A stretch of 64,000 bases of DNA from Somniosus microcephalus (Eukaryota). Below the pieces are notes generated by a model, which worked only from the letters and a program-made list of their open reading frames with translations, was not told the DNA's origin and made no database searches. The DNA lies in the NCBI GenBank assembly GCA_052327205.1, contig CM126204.1:317998001-318062000 (forward strand). The letters run 5' to 3'. This document shows positions 37,613 through 52,700 of this stretch, piece after piece; the stretch's first letter is position 1; the number at the start of each line of letters is the position of its first letter. The translations under genes and the position numbers were made by a program.

Positions 37613-39007
37613 GGAAACATAGAAACATAGAAAAATAGGAGCAGGAGTAGGCCATTCGGCCCTTCGAGCCTGCTCCGCCATTCAAAATGATCATGGCTGA
37701 TCCTCTATCTCAATACCATATTCCCGCTCTCTCCCCATACCCCTTGACACCTTTTGCGTCTAGAAATCTATCTACTCCTTCTTAAATATATTCAGTGACT
37801 TGGCCTCCACAGCCTTCTGTGGTAGAGAATTCCACAGGTTCACCACCCTCTGAGTGAAGAAATTTCTCCTCATCTCAATCCTAAATGTCATAACCCGTTT
37901 CCTGAGACTGGGACTCCTCGTTCTAGACCCCCCAGCCAGGGGAAACATCCTCCCTGCATCCAGTCTGTCTAGCCCTGTCAGAATTTTATACGTTTCAATG
38001 AGATCAGCTCTCATTCTTCTAAACTCTGGTGAATACAGGCCTAGTCGACCCAATCTCTCCTCATACGACAGTTCTGCCATCCCAGGAATCAGTCTGGTGA
38101 ACCTTTGCTGCACTCCCTCTATGGCAAGTATATCCTTTTTTAGGTAAGGAGACCAAAATTGCACACAGTACTCCAGGTGTGGTCTCAACAAGGCCTTGTA
38201 TAACTGTAGTAAGACATCCTTGCTCCTGTACTCAAACCCTTTTGCAATGAAGGCCAATATACCATTGGACTTCCTAACTGCTTGCTGCACCTGCATGTTT
38301 GCTTTCAGTAATTGGTGTACAAGGACACCCAGGTCCCTTTGTACATCAATATTTCCCAATCTATCACTATTTAAATAATACTCTGCCTTTCTGTTTTTCC
38401 TACCAAAGTGGATAACTTCACATTTATCCACGTTATACTGCATCTGCCATGTATTTGCCCACTCACTCAACTTGTCTAAATCGCATTGAAGCCTCTTTGC
38501 ATCCTCCTCACAACTCACAATCCCACCTAGTTTCATGTCATCAGCAAACTTGGAAATATTACATTTGGTTCCCTCATCCAAATCATTGATATATATTGTG
38601 AATAGCTAGGGCCCAAGCACTGATCCCTGTGGTACCCCACTAGTCACCGCCTGCCACCCTGAAAATGACCCATTTATTCCTACTCTGTGTTTCCTGTCTG
38701 TTAACCAATTTTCAATCCATGCCAGTATATTACCCCCAATCCCATGTACTTTAATTTTGCACACTAACCTCTTATGTGGGACTTTATCAAGGGCCTTCTG
38801 AAAATCCAAATACACCACATCCACTGGTTCTCCGTTAACTATTCTACCAGTTACATCCTCAAAAAACTCAGTACGTTTGTCAAACACGATTTCCCTTTCA
38901 TAAATCCATGTTGACTTTGTCTAATCCTGTTGATATTTTCTAAGTGCCCTGCAATCACATCCTTTATAATAGACTCTAGCAATTTCCCTACTACTGATGT
39001 TAGGCTA
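37613..39007 (-). mobile_element. 5'-truncated CR1 LINE
   Basis: ORFs 37772-38581 and 38606-38887 (YLDFQKALD, KFADD); tail (catagaaa)n at ~37613-37632. Confidence 0.9.
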
Positions 39008-40421
39008 GCGGGCTGCTTTGTCCTGGATGGTGTCGAGCTTCTTGAGTGTTGTTGGAGTTGCACTCATCCAGGCAAGTGGAGAGTATTCCATCACACTCCT
39101 TACTTGTGCCTTGTAAATGGTGGAAAGGCTTTGGGGAGTCAGGAGATGAGACACTTGCCGCAGAATACCTAGCCTCTGACCTGCTCTTGTTGCCACAGTA
39201 TTTGTGTGGCTGGTCCAGTTAAGTTTCTGGTCAATGGTGAGCCCCAGGATGTTGATGGTGGGGGATTCGGCGATGGTAATGCCATTGAATGTCACGGGGC
39301 GGTGGCGAGGCTCTCGCTTGTTGGAGATAGTCATTGTCTGGCACTTCTGTGGCACAAATGTTACCTGCCACTTATCAGCCCAAGCCTGAACGTCGTCCAG
39401 GTCTTGTTGCATGCGGGCATGGACTGTTTCATTATCTGAGGAGTGGTGAATGGCACTAAACACGGTGCAGTCATCAGCGAACATCCCCATTTCTGACCTT
39501 ATGTTGGAGGGAAGGTCATTGATGAAGCAGCTGAAGATGGTTGGGCCTAGGACTCTGCCCTGAGGAACTCCTGCAGCGATGTCCTAGGGCTGTGATGATT
39601 GACCTTCAACCACCACAACCATCTTCCTTTGTGCTACGTATGACTCCAGCCAGTGGAGAGTTTTCCCCCCGATTCCCATTGACTTCAGTTTTACAAGGTC
39701 TCCTTGAAGCCACAATCGGTCAAATGTTGCCTTGATGTCAAGGGCAGTCACTCTCACCTCACCTCTGGAATTCAGCTCCTTTGTCCATGTTTGGACCAAG
39801 GCTGTAATGAGGTTGGGAGCTGAGTGGTCTTGGCAGAACCCAAACTGGGCATCAGTGAGTGGGTTATTGGTGAGTAAGTGTTGCTTGATTGCACTGTCGA
39901 TGACATCTTCCATCACTTTGCTGATGATTGAGAGTAGACTGATGGGGCGGTAATTGGCCAGATTGGATTTGTCCTGCTTTTTGTGGACAGGAGATACCTG
40001 GGCAGTTTTCCACATTGTGGGATAGATACCAATATTGTCGCTGTACTGGAACAGCTTGGCTAAAGGCGCAGCTAGTTCTGGAGTACAAGTCTTCAGCACG
40101 ATAGCCGGGATGTTGTCAGGGCCTATAGCCTTTGCTGTATCCAGCGAACTCAGCCGTTACTTGATATCACGTGGAGTAAATTGAATTGGCTGAAGACTGG
40201 CTTCTGTGATGGTGGGGACCTCAGGAGTAGGCCGATATGGATCATCCACTCGGCACTTCTGGCTGAAGATGGTTGCAAACGCTTCAGCCTTGTCTTTTGC
40301 ACTCACGTGCTGGGTTCCACCATCATTGAGGATGGGGATATTCATGGAGCCTCCTCCTCCCGTTAGTTGTTTAATGGTCCACCACCATTCACGACTGGAT
40401 GTTGATTGTGGGATCGCTTAG

Positions 40422-43400
40422 TCTAGTAATCTGGGATGTTATGATTAAGGTTATCCACCAGGTGGTGCTGTAGCCAATGCTGCTGCTAAGGTCAGGGGTT
40501 TGCTTCCTGTTAAGGTCAGGGGATTGCTTCCTGTTAAGGTCAGCTAAGGGGGAATGCCAGGATGCAGGATGCAGGCCTGTTTTGCTTGCTACACAGTTGT
40601 TAATAAAGTACTCATGCTAATTCTAAGATATCACCTCTTCGAGTTCTTGTGCCACTACATGGATTTATCACATTTGGCGACGAGGTAAAAAGGCCCTGAA
40701 TAAAGAAGAGACGTCTGCCAAGACTTTTAAACAACAAAATCACGAGCTGAAGTTAGCTACCAGTTGGAAGAGAGCATGGCTGCCACGGTAGGAATGGTCT
40801 CCACTTTTGATATTCAAGCACAAACCTGGGAGGAATACTGTGAAGTGTTGGGTTATTTCTTCAAAGCAAATGAAGTAAATGATGCTGGAAAAAGGAAAGC
40901 CATTCTGCTTAGTTCAGTGGGAAGCCAGACCTACAGTTTGATGAGAAATCTGTTCAGTCCTGAAAAGCCTGGAGACAAATCATTTGTTGAATTAGTGGCC
41001 TTGCTCAAAGAACATTTCAACCCCAAGCCTAGTGAGGTTGTACAGCGGTTCAAGTTTAATTCAAGGAACAGAAAAGAGGAAGAGAGTGTTGCGGTGTTGC
41101 GTAAATTAGCACAAGATTGCAATTATGGGAACAACCTGGAGGAAATGCTGAGAGATAGGCTAGTTTGCGGAATAATGGACGACCGAATGCAGCGTAGATT
41201 ATTATCCGAGACTGGGCTTACTTATGAAAAAGCATTGGAACTTGCTCAAGCCATAGAGATAGCGAACCGAGATGTAAAAGAAATACAGGGTTCAGACAGG
41301 GCTAACGCTAAGCAAGTTGTAGGTCAGGTTGTTGTGCACAAGTTAAACATGCATCAGAAACCACAACGTGAGCATGGGAAGGCATGTTATAGATGCAAGG
41401 GCAATCACCTGGCGAGTGAATGCCGGTTTCTTGAGGAAAAGTGCCACAAGTGTGGGAAACAAGGACACATAAAACGAGAATGCAGGGCAAACTCACCTGT
41501 GGAGGAACCCAAACAAAAAGGGGGAGGAAAGCAAAACCAAGGAAGAGAAGTGAAAAAACAGGGAGCACACCACATCAGCGGGGAAGCTGAGGAAGAAGAG
41601 GACATGTTCATAATGTATAGCATGTTAGAGAACATTCCAAAAGTGGCTCCTATCACATTGCAACTGACAGTAAATGACTCTAAGGTGAACTTTGAAGTCG
41701 ATACAGGGTGCGGTGTAACCATAATGAACAAGGCAGAGTACTCAAAATTGTGGAACCGTGCAAAAGTTCCAGAGTTAAAGTCTTGCTCTCTGCATCTTAA
41801 AACATATACAGGTGAACAAGTAGCGACATTAGGTGCAGCTAATGTGACTGTGCAGCACAGGGACACAGTGGCACAGCTACCTGTAGTTATAGTATCGGCT
41901 ACCGGACCAAACCTGTTAGGTCGGGGCTGGATAAAAGAATTTAAATTAGACTGGGGAGCAGTAAATCAAATAGATGAGAGCAAACAGTTGACTTTGCAAG
42001 AAGTGTTGAGTGAACATGAGAATGTGTTCAAGGAGGAACTTGGCACATTTAATGGCCCCCCAGCTAAGATTTATGTAGACAAGGAGGCACCGCCAAGGTT
42101 TTTTAAACAACGACCTGTGCCTTATGCCATGAAGCCAAAGGTAGAGGCTGAGCTTGACCGTCTATTGAGAGAGAACATACTGGAGCCAGTGAAATGTTCG
42201 GAATGGGCAGCTCCCATGGTACCTGTTTTGAAACTGGACAATTCGGTAAGACTCTGTGGAGATTATAAATTGATAGTCAATTGGGTGTCCAAACTAGAGC
42301 AGTATCCTATTCCCAAAACAGAGGATCTCTTTGCAAACCTGGCTGGAGGAAAGAAATTCACAAAGTTGGATATGAGTCATGCCTACTTGCAGATTGCACT
42401 TGATGATGAATCAAAGAAGTATGTCACCATAAATACACACAAGGGCTTGTTTACATATAACCGCTTACCGTTTGGTGTCTCATCTAGTCCAGCTATCTTC
42501 CAGAGGACAATCGAAGGTGTACTGCAAGGGATTCCACATGTTTCCATCTATCTGGATGACATTCTGGTGATGGGAAACACCGACCAGGAGCATCTGAGCA
42601 CTCTGAGAGAGGTACTACAGAGATTGGAGAGGGCAGGGTTACGACTCAAGAGGAGTAAGTGCACTTTCCTGGGGAATGAGGCAGTGTTCCTGGGACACAG
42701 AGTGGACGCCACCGGGCTCCATCCACTCAAGGAGAAGGTACAAGCACTGCAGGATGCCCCTGCTCCTACCAATGTGGCTGAGTTAAAAGCTTACCTGGGA
42801 CTGCTGAACTATTATAACAGGTTTTTACCAAACTTGTCAACAGTGTTAGCACCGCTTCACAAACTACTGCGCAAGGAGATACAGTGGCAGTGGGGAGAGG
42901 AGCAGGGGGTTTCATTTGAACAGTCCAAGAAATTGATGCTGTCGTCAGATGTGCTGGTTCAATACAATGAAGAGAAAGACATAATTCTCTCTTGTGATGC
43001 TTCACCTTACGGGGTGGGGGCAGTTCTTTCACACCGCATGGAAGATGGAACTGAAAGACCAATAGGGTTTATGTCCCGAACTCTAACACCAGCGGAAAAA
43101 AACTATTCCCAGTTAGACAAAGAGGGGTTAGCAGTAATGTTTGGGTTACAGAGGTTCCACAAGTACATATATGGCAGGAAGTTCACCATATGCACCGATC
43201 ATAAACCTCTTATCTCTCTTTTCAATGAAATGAAAGCAGTTCCACAGATGGTGTCACCCCAGATCCAGAGGTGGGCCGTGACGTTGAGGGCATATGATTA
43301 TGTCATCGTCTACAAGGCGGGCAAGTACCATGGGAACGCAGATGCCTTGAGCCGTCTTCCACTGCCAGGCACACCTATCCGTGCAGCTCCAGAGGACAGA

Positions 43401-45147
43401 GTTTTGATGTTGGAGGACACTGACATGGCACTTGTGACTGCAGAGCAAGTAAGAACGTGGACAGGTAAAGATCCAGTACTGTCTAGAGTTTGAGAATATG
43501 TGGTGAGGGGATGGCCATAGCATTCGGATGGGGCTGACTTCACACCCTACAGTGTCAGGAAAACAGAGCTGAGTGTGCAGGATGGTTGCATGTTGTGGGG
43601 AGCATGAGTGATTATTCCACAGCCAGCATGACAGCCTATCCTAGGGCAACTACATCAGTGTCATCCTGGGGTCTCGCGTATGAAAGCCTTGGCTAGGAGT
43701 TACTTGTGGTGGCCAAAGCTAGATGAGGAGATAGAAAATCTAGTCAAGACATGCAGCACTTGTCAGGCACACAGGAAGGCACCAGCAGTGGCTCCTCTCC
43801 AGCCCTGGGAGTGGCCGGATAAACCATGGAGAAGATTGCACTTAGATTATGCGGGTCCATTCATAGGGAAGATGTTCCTCATAATCATTGATGCACATTT
43901 CAAATGGATGGATGTTTATCCTGTAAATTCTGCTTCCGCCACTACTACTATAGACTGCCTGCATCGGAGCTTTAGTAATCAAGGGCTACCGGAGATCGTG
44001 GTAAGTGACAATGCCACTTGTTTTGTGAGTACAGAGACAAAAGAGTTCTTTAGAAAAAATGGCATAGTGCAGGTGACCTCGGCTCCATATCATCCGTCCT
44101 CAAATGGACTTGCGGAGAGAGCCATACAAACATTTAAAGAGATGATGAAAAAAAGTGCAGAAGGGAGTTTAGCAGCCAAAATGTCACGGGTTCTGTTCAG
44201 CTACAGAATAACACCTCAATCCACCACAGGACTCTCTCCTGCTGAGATGTTATTAGGTCATAGACTACGCTCCACTCTTGACCTTGTCCAGCCAGACCTA
44301 AAAAGGAAAATGGAAAACAGACAAAACAAACAAAAAGAGAACCATGACAAAAGAGCAAAGAGCCGAAGTTTTGGAGAAGGAGATGTGGTCCTTACCAGGA
44401 ATTTCAGTTATGGACCAAAGTGGATTCCTGGGTTCATAGACTCAATGACCGGTCCAGTATCATACAAGGTCATGTTGGGAGCTGGTAGGGTAGTACGCAG
44501 ACATGTAGATCAGATACTTACCAGACAAGGGGAAATTGAAATGAAGGTTCCAGATGCAATGGCTGAGGAGAGGTTTGCCCCCAGTTATTCAAGTGCATCT
44601 GTGGTGCCACCACCAGGGACAGAGACAATTCCACAGGACCCCATTCGTCAAGAGGAAACCATCGTTGCAGAGTCAGATACTCCGAGGACTGCTCAGGAGC
44701 AGCTGGTGGCTTCACCACAAACAAGCAGGGACTTTACTGTTAGACGTTCACAAAGGGCTCGCAAGCCACCAGAGAGACTGATACTGACCTGTTAGATTCG
44801 TCAAGTATGGAACATGGTGAATGGAGACTTCTTATGTGACCCTTAGGAATGGTTGTTTGTTAAGAAATTCATACTGAAATCTTAAGGGGGGAGGGATATA
44901 GTAATCTGGGATGTTATGATTAAGGTTGTCCACCAGGTGGTGCTATAGCCAATGCTGCTGCTAAGGTCAGGGGTTTGCTTCCTGTTAAGGTCAGGGGATT
45001 GCTTCCTGTTAAGGTCAGCTAAGGGGGAATGCCAGGATGCAGGATGCAGGCCTGTTTTGTTTGCTACACAGTTGTTAATAAAGTACTCGTGCTAATTCTA
45101 AGATATCGCCTCTTCGAGTTCTTGTTCCACTACATGGATTTATCACA
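40422..45147 (+). mobile_element. Full-length Gypsy LTR retrotransposon (Gypsy-C)
   Basis: 251-bp LTRs at 40422-40672 and 44897-45147; TSD cttag; PBS tggcgacgagg; PPT aagggggagggga before 44897. Confidence 0.95.
40764..44795 (+). pseudogene. gag-pol single frame with clustered nonsense codons at 43491-43630
   Basis: Two CCHC knuckles, VDTGC, YLDD, CDAS, HLDYAGP, SDNA, NGLAER. Confidence 0.9.
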
Positions 45148-46793
45148 CTTAGCCCTGTCTATAGCATCTGCTTCCACTTTTTACCATGCATGTAATCCTG
45201 TGTTGCAGCTTCCCCAGGTTGGCACCTCATTTTTAGTTACACCTGGTACTCTTCTACACTCCTTATTGAACCATCAAGTTGGTCCCCTGGCTTGATGGTA
45301 ATGGTAGAGTGAGGGATATGCTGGGCCATGAGATTACAGATTGTGGTGGAATACAATTCTGCTCCTGCTGATGGTCCACAGCGCCTCATAGATGCCCAGT
45401 TTTGAGCTGCTAGATCTGTTCTGAATCTATCCCATTTAGCACGGTGGTAGTGCCACACAACATGATGGAGGGTGGGTGTCCTCAGTGTGAAGACGGGACT
45501 TTGTCTCCAGAATGACTGTGCGGTGGCCACTGCTACCAATACTGTCATGGACAGATGCATCTGTGACAGGTAGATTGGTGAGGACGAGGTCAAGTAGGTT
45601 TTTCCCTCGTGTTGGTTCTCTCCACCTGTTGCAGGCCCAGACTGGCAGCTATGGCTATAGTATTTGTAAAAGTTGACATTTTAGGTCCATATGGCGAATG
45701 GTATTTTTTTTAATTGAGAAACTAGGTGAGGGACTGATGTCCACAGTATTTCCTGATACAACAAGACAAAGTTTTCATGGCGCAAGCTCTGTTAATTGGT
45801 ATTCGAATTTTACATCAGGGTCCTACAACTGGTGTTAGAGCTCTGATTTATTTCAGACAGACTCCTTAGAAATATCAATGGAACCCACTTCCAATGTGGC
45901 AACTGGCACATTTACAGGGCAGATCGGGCGCCAGAATTTACGACCCAAAATGAATTCGCTATCTTTCATTTTATGCCCAACAACTGGGCGAGATGAAGCA
46001 AAATTTTCCCTCCTCAGTGTTTGGCATCAACAGGGAATCCAAGTGTCTTTATAAAACAAATTTAGCAATTAAAGCATTCTAAAAAAAATGGAGGCATTCC
46101 TTTACATAGAAGAAACATAGAAGATAGGTGCAGGAGTAAGCCATTCGGCCCCTCGAGCCTGTTCTGCCATTTAATGAGATCATGGCTGATCATCCAAATT
46201 CAATACCCTGCCCCTGCTTTCTCCCCATATCCCTTGGTCCCTTTAGCCTTAAGAAATATATCTAACTCCTTCTTGAATATATTTAATAAGTTGGCCTCAA
46301 CTGCCTTCTGTGGTAGAGAATTCCACAGGTTCACCACTCTCTGGGTGAAGAAATTACTCCTCATCTCTGTCCGAAATGGCTTACCCCTTATCCTTAGACT
46401 GTGACCCCTGGTTCTGGACTCCCCCGCCATCGGGAACATCCTTCCTGCATCTAGTCTGTCTAGTCCTGTTAGAATTTTATAAGTTTCAATGAGATCCCCT
46501 CTCATTCTTCTAAACTCCAGCGATTATAAGCCCAATTGATCCAATCTCTCCTCATACGTCATTCCTGCCATCCCAGGTATCAGTCTGGTGAATCTTCGCT
46601 GCAATCCCTCCATGGCAAGAACATCCTTCCTCAGATAAGGCGACCAAAACTGCACACAATACTCGAGGTGTGGTCTCACCAAGGCCCTGTACAACTGCAG
46701 CAAGATATCCTTGCTCCTGTACTCGAATCCTCTCGCTATGAAGGCCAATATACCATTTGCCTTCTTAACTGTCTGCTGCACTTGCATGCTTAC

Positions 46794-49700
46794 TGTTAAA
46801 TCCGTGTATCTTGATGTATGGTGTCCTTCAATAAATAGACAGAGACTGCAGATAACAAACAACAGGTGTTTACTAGATGAGGGTTACTCTAAAACTAACA
46901 GTACAGATCCCTACTCAGGGTTTATATACAGGTGTGGTCACTGCCGGTACTACAGTATACAGGAGCTGTAAAAAGTAGTTCTCCCCTTAAAGGTACATAC
47001 ACTACAATTCCTCCCCTTTTAGATTAACAGCACCATAACATTCATTTAACAATTAACACTTTTAACATGCAACATTAACTGAAAATAGTCCATTTATAAA
47101 TTCAGTCTTTGGGGCGGCTTCCTGATCCTTTCTGGACAGCGCCTTTCCTGAGTGTCTTGCTCTTGGTGTGGAGCCGATTCTGGCCCCCTGTCGTCGGTTG
47201 GTTCATCAGCTTCCGATGCTACTGTTTCTGGGGTAGATGCGACCTGTATGTCGGGTTCATCAGCAGGCACGCAAGACCTGGGGTTGACTCGTTCCTGTGG
47301 CTCTAGGATCTGGTTGACATGGCGTCTCACAATGTTCTCCCCAACATCCACTGTGTACATTAGTGGCCCCTGCCGTGTGCATGTTGTTCCTGGTTGCCAT
47401 TTCTCTGTTCGGTAGTCGCGGGCCAAGACTGGTTGCCCTACATTGAAGCTCCTTGTTGGCTTCTCATTGATGTGCTGGAATTGCTTATTCTCAACATCTC
47501 TTCGTACATTTGGTCTGAGCAAATCCAGACGAGATCTCAACCTTCGGTTAAAGAACATCATGGCCGGGGCCTGGTTGGATTGCATGTGTCACATTTCTGT
47601 AGGCTAACAGGAAATTGTCCACCTTATGCTGCAGTGGAATGTCGTCATCGCACATGGCCCTTACTGCTTTTTTAAAGGTTTGTACGAACCTCTCAGCCAA
47701 TCCATTTGTGGCTGGATGATACGGGGCGGATGTGTAATGCCTTACCCCATTCCTTTTCATAAATCTTCGAAACTCTTCGGACACAAACTGTGGTCCGTTA
47801 TCAGAGCAAATCTGCTCTGGCAAGCCGTTCCTGGCAAATATGGCCTGTAGGACTGCAATAGTTTTCTCCGTGGTGGTGGAGGACATTTTGATCACCTCAG
47901 GCCATTTCGAGTGCGCATCCACGGCTATTAAGAACATTGAGTCCATGAATGGACCAGCAAAATCAATATGCACCCTTTGCCATGGAGAGGAGAGCCACTC
48001 CCATGGGTGTAGAGGGGCATGTGGTGGTGCATTTTGGACCTTCTGGCATCCTGAGCAGCTCTTTGTCAGGTCCTCGATTTGCTGATCGATCCCCGGCCAC
48101 CACACATAAGCCCTAGCAAGGCTTTTCATTTTCATCCCTCCCAGATGGCCTTCGTGAAGCTCATTGAGCACTCTCTCCCTTAACTTAGGTGGAATTACCA
48201 CTCGGGATCCACACATCAAGGTCCCCTGGCATACTGACAGCTGTTCTCTTCTGGATGAGAATGCTGGCAACAGTGAGTCGCCATGTGTTGGCCATCCCTT
48301 CACCATCAAGTCATATACCCGAGACAGTGTCGGGTCATTTCGGGTCTCCTTCTCTATATCAGCGTTAGTTACTGGCAAGCGTTCAATCATAGTCGAATAA
48401 AATATTTTGACATGGTCCACTGCTGGTGCTTCCTCCGCAGTAGGCAGTGGCAGACGTGATAGCCCATCAGCGTTACCATGCTGTTTCGTGCCGTTATACT
48501 CGATTTCATATTGGTGCGCCCCTAGAAAAAGGGACCATCTTTGTAGCCGTTGCACAGTCATCACCGGAACGCCCTTCTTTGGATTAAAGATGGAGACAAG
48601 TGGTTGGTGGTCAGTCAGCAAGGTAAACTTCTGCCCGTGCAGATAGTGGTTGAACTTTTTCACTCCCCACACTAGGCTGAGTGCCTCCCTGTCAATCTGG
48701 GCGTAGTTACGCTCGGCTGAGGTTAGTGACCGAGACGCAAAGGCTACTGGCCTCTCCGAGCCATCCGGGAATTTGTGCGACAGCACCGCTCCAATGCCAT
48801 AGGGTGATGCATCACACGCCAACCGAATTGGTAGTGCTGGGTTGAAATGAGCCAACACCTCTTTTGATGTGATCAATTCTTTGCACTTCTGGAAAACTCG
48901 TTTACATTCGTCATTCCACTTCCATGGTACTCTCGTTTGCAGTAGGGTGTTCAGTAGGTGTAGTACTGTAGACAAATTCGGCAAGAACTTATGGTAGTAG
49001 TTCACCAACCCGAGGAACGACCTCAGTTGTGACACATTTTCCGGTGCTGGAGCCTTGACTACTGCCTCAATCTTTTCAGGGGACTTATGTAACCCCTCTT
49101 CATCAATAACGTGGCCACAATACGAGATCTGCTTCTGGAAAAACTCGCATTTGTGGTGATTAGCTTGGAGCCCATAATCCTTCAATCTAGTGAGCACCTG
49201 CTCCAGGTTGGCGAGGTGATCCCTGTCATTTTCGCCCAAATAACACTGGGTCCCTGGAATCCCTTGCAGGACTTGTGTAAGGGGTTGTTTTAACGAGCTT
49301 GTGGTGTGCGAGATCGGTTTTTGATTTCACACTGCTCGTGAGCGGTTCCGAAGTGCTCCCCCCTCACCGGTTCTAGACACTGGGCTTATTGCCAGACCAC
49401 CTTGATGTGTTGGCCCAACTTGTGACTCGGAAGACAAATGGATCAGGTGAGACAAGGTAAGTTTTAAATCAAAGGTATCTTTATTTTTAAGGAGAATAAA
49501 ACATAGAGAATGAAGAAACAATGCAGACAAAAATCATGAACACGCCTCTCAATGGGAACTAAAGTTTAACACACAAGAGTTACTTTGACTATCATAATAC
49601 ATCAATTCTAGATCAGGATATAATAAAACGGGGGTGGAGAAAGCGCACGGCACAACGAAGGATGAATAACACTCCCGAATTACAAAGCCCTTAATATTAA

Positions 49701-52700
49701 AAACCCTCCCGTCTCTACAGTATACCTCAACTAGATCAGCTAGGTGGAGTTGGGCCTTTATGCTCACCAGGGTTTTTAAAACTGTCCTTGACCTTGGTGC
49801 TCCTCTATCGTCCGGGATCTCCAATCTTCCTTATGGGACCGGCTCCTGAACCTGGTCTCCTGCTCGAACTTGTAGGCCCTCCGTGCTCCTCGAACTGTAA
49901 TCGAACCTCTCCACTCGCTCTGCCTTTGACCTCGTGTCGGTGTGAAACTCTGTTTTTTTTAATGTCTCTTTTCCCCCAACAGTTATACTGTTTTCTTGCC
50001 CTTATCTTGGCGCCAAATCAGGGGTTTTCTTTTGTTAAAGTAATGGGCAGGCTGCTTTGACAAAAGTGGGTACTTTATTTTAATGTCTTGTAAATGAAAC
50101 TAATGGGATCTGTCCTGTGTCCCTCTGAGTTTGGTACAGATAATAGGTTTTGTCTGTGCTCTGCGATTTCAGAGATGGGTTTGCGTTTTGCTAGCAATTA
50201 ACACACCTTGAGGTGTAAATACTTTTGTTTTGACTTCGTTACTACTGTAACCATTTTACCATATCAATTGCAGTCAGTTCTGGAATCTTCTAATCAGTGG
50301 TGACTCAGGTTTCTTTAAGATACTGCAGTGGTATTTCCTTCTGAAATGAGTCATGTGATCTGCCAACTCCATCTTGTGTTCATAAAATGTGGCCATTTCA
50401 GGGGTTTTACAATGTAGACTGTATTTTCCTGGATTTTTGCGAATCCTACACTTGATCCATTGCCCTTTGCCAAATAGCCGGAGCTGATGCTACCCCGAAC
50501 ACCAGCCGGTTGTTTTGGTAGAGACCTTTATGAGTGTTGATCATGAGGTACTGTTTCGAGGCTTCTTCTACCTCCATTTGCAGGTACGCCTGGGCCAGAT
50601 CAATCTTAGTGAAGCGTTTCCCTCCAGATAGCGAGGCGAAAATATCTTCAATCCGCGGAAGCGGATATTGTACACTGTGAAGGACTGGGTTCACTGTCAC
50701 CTTAAAGTCCCCACAGATGCGAACCTTCTTTGGTTCCCCAGGCGTATTACTCAACGACCTCTTCATTACAGGAACGATGGGTGTAGCTCACTTGCTCCAG
50801 TCCACTTTGGACAGTACTCCTGAACATTCCAAACCTTCCAGCTCTGCTTCGACGGCTGGGCGGATCGCATAAGGTACCGGGCTGGCCTTAAAAAACTTTG
50901 GGCTTGCATTTTCCTCTATTTACGATCGTCGCTGTTATGCCTTTTAGTGTTCCGAGTCCCTCCTGGAACACTTCTTGAGCACCAGTTAGCATTTTTGACA
51001 GTCGTCCAGGTGTGATGTCGTCATCCTTTTTGGCTTCTACAGTCAGTGCTTGTATGGAATGCCGATCTAGCTGTATCTTCCGGATCCATTCACGCCCTAG
51101 TAGTGGTGGTCCTCCATCTGGCAATACACATAGGTCCATTTTTGGTGTTTCCTTGCCGTTATATATAACGTTCACCCTTATTTTTCCTTTGGGGTAGACG
51201 TTTTTGCCCCGTGTACGTCTTCAAGACAATCTCCATATCTCTCAAGGGTATATGTGAGAATAGCCGCTTGTAGTCCCTTCGGTTTATGACTGTTAGGGCT
51301 GATCCTGTGTCCAATTCCATTTTCACTTGGACTCCGGCTATCTTGAGCGTGACCCAGATAGTTTGGTGATCCTCCGTTTTGATCACATTATGTAGTTTCA
51401 GACAACCCAGCTCCTTGCTTCCGGAGTCTGTGTCACTCTTCAGTTCGTCTGAACTACTCTCCGTCACCTTATGTACCTTCTTGTACTTCTCCTGTGGGTA
51501 TTTCTTGCTGCTGGTTTTCTTTTCCGACCTGCAGACTCTAGCTATGTGTCCTACTTTTCCACACTGTCTGCACACTTGGTCCTTGAACCAGCAATCCTTA
51601 TGGTCGTGTGTTGTTCTGCCGCAGCGTTAGCACTTTACTGTTCCGTATGACATTTCATTTGTGCCATATTCTTGCGGTCTCCATTGTATCTCTGCCACGC
51701 CCCGTGCTGCTGCTTCGTGTGATACTGCCATGCTGAAAGCCTTGTCCAGCGTAAGATCCTTTTCTGATAGAAGCCGTTTCTGGGTTCCTTCACTTTGAAG
51801 CCCACACAATTACTTGTCCCTTAAAGTATCTGCTAGTCCCGTTCCAAACTGGCAGTGTTTCGATAGCTTGCACAGCTCCGTTAAAAACTCAGCATTACTT
51901 TCATCTTTATGCTGGTTCCTTTTGTGAAACTTAAATCTTTCCACTATCAACAGCGGTGTGGGGTCTAAGTGGTCCTGTAGTATTGACACTATGTTTTCAA
52001 AATCCTTTTCCGCTGGATTCTCTGGGGTTACTAGGTTTCGCAGCAAGCCATACGCTTTTGCACCCATTGAATTCAACAATACCAGCACTTTCCTGTCATC
52101 TGGCACTTCATTCGCCTTGCAGTACACTTCTATGCGTTCGACATATGTCGTCCAATCTTCAACTTCACTGTCGAACGCTGTGACACTGCCACTCTTCGGC
52201 ATCCCTGGGTGTGGGTAGACTGGCTCAAAATGGCATCTCCCGCGCTCTCCCTTCTTCTCCGCTGCAGCTCAAACAAAATGGCGTCTCCCGCGCTCTCCCT
52301 TCTTCTCTGCTGCGGCTCAGATGGCGTCTCCCATGCTTCCCTTTCTTCTCCACGGACGCTGCTCGGCCCTTGAACACTGACTGCGCTCTGCGCATTTTCC
52401 TGCACACCTCTCTTGTTGACGCCGCTTGGTCCTGAACCCCGGCTGCGCCCTGTGCGCTTTACCCTCTCTCTCTTTTTTTTTTGTTTGTTTTCGTCGACGC
52501 CGCTCGGTCTTCAACCCCGGCTGCGCCCTGTGCGCTTTACCCTCTCTCTTACCCCGTCGACGCTGCTCGGCCTTTATCTGTGCCGTCGGTTGGCTCCAGC
52601 CGCCGCTGTCCGGGAAGGGTCTGCGCCGTACCTGTTGCCAGCCCGTTGCGCTGGATCGTCGTGACTGGAGAACCAAGCCCAGCTCTCAACAGCCTCCTCT

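Larger units (their letters stand above)
37280..45650 (-). mobile_element. Second CR1-group LINE lineage, split by a CR1 copy (37613-39007) and Gypsy-C
   Basis: ELAAPLAKLFQYS, NYRPISLLS, MFADDCT, YKAQVRSVMEY; the endonuclease-side part resumes at 45153. Confidence 0.85.

Noticed and set aside
40422-44898. Non-canonical LTR starts (TC and TA instead of TG) in Gypsy-C
   Set aside because: The two LTRs differ from each other at that base, consistent with post-insertion mutation
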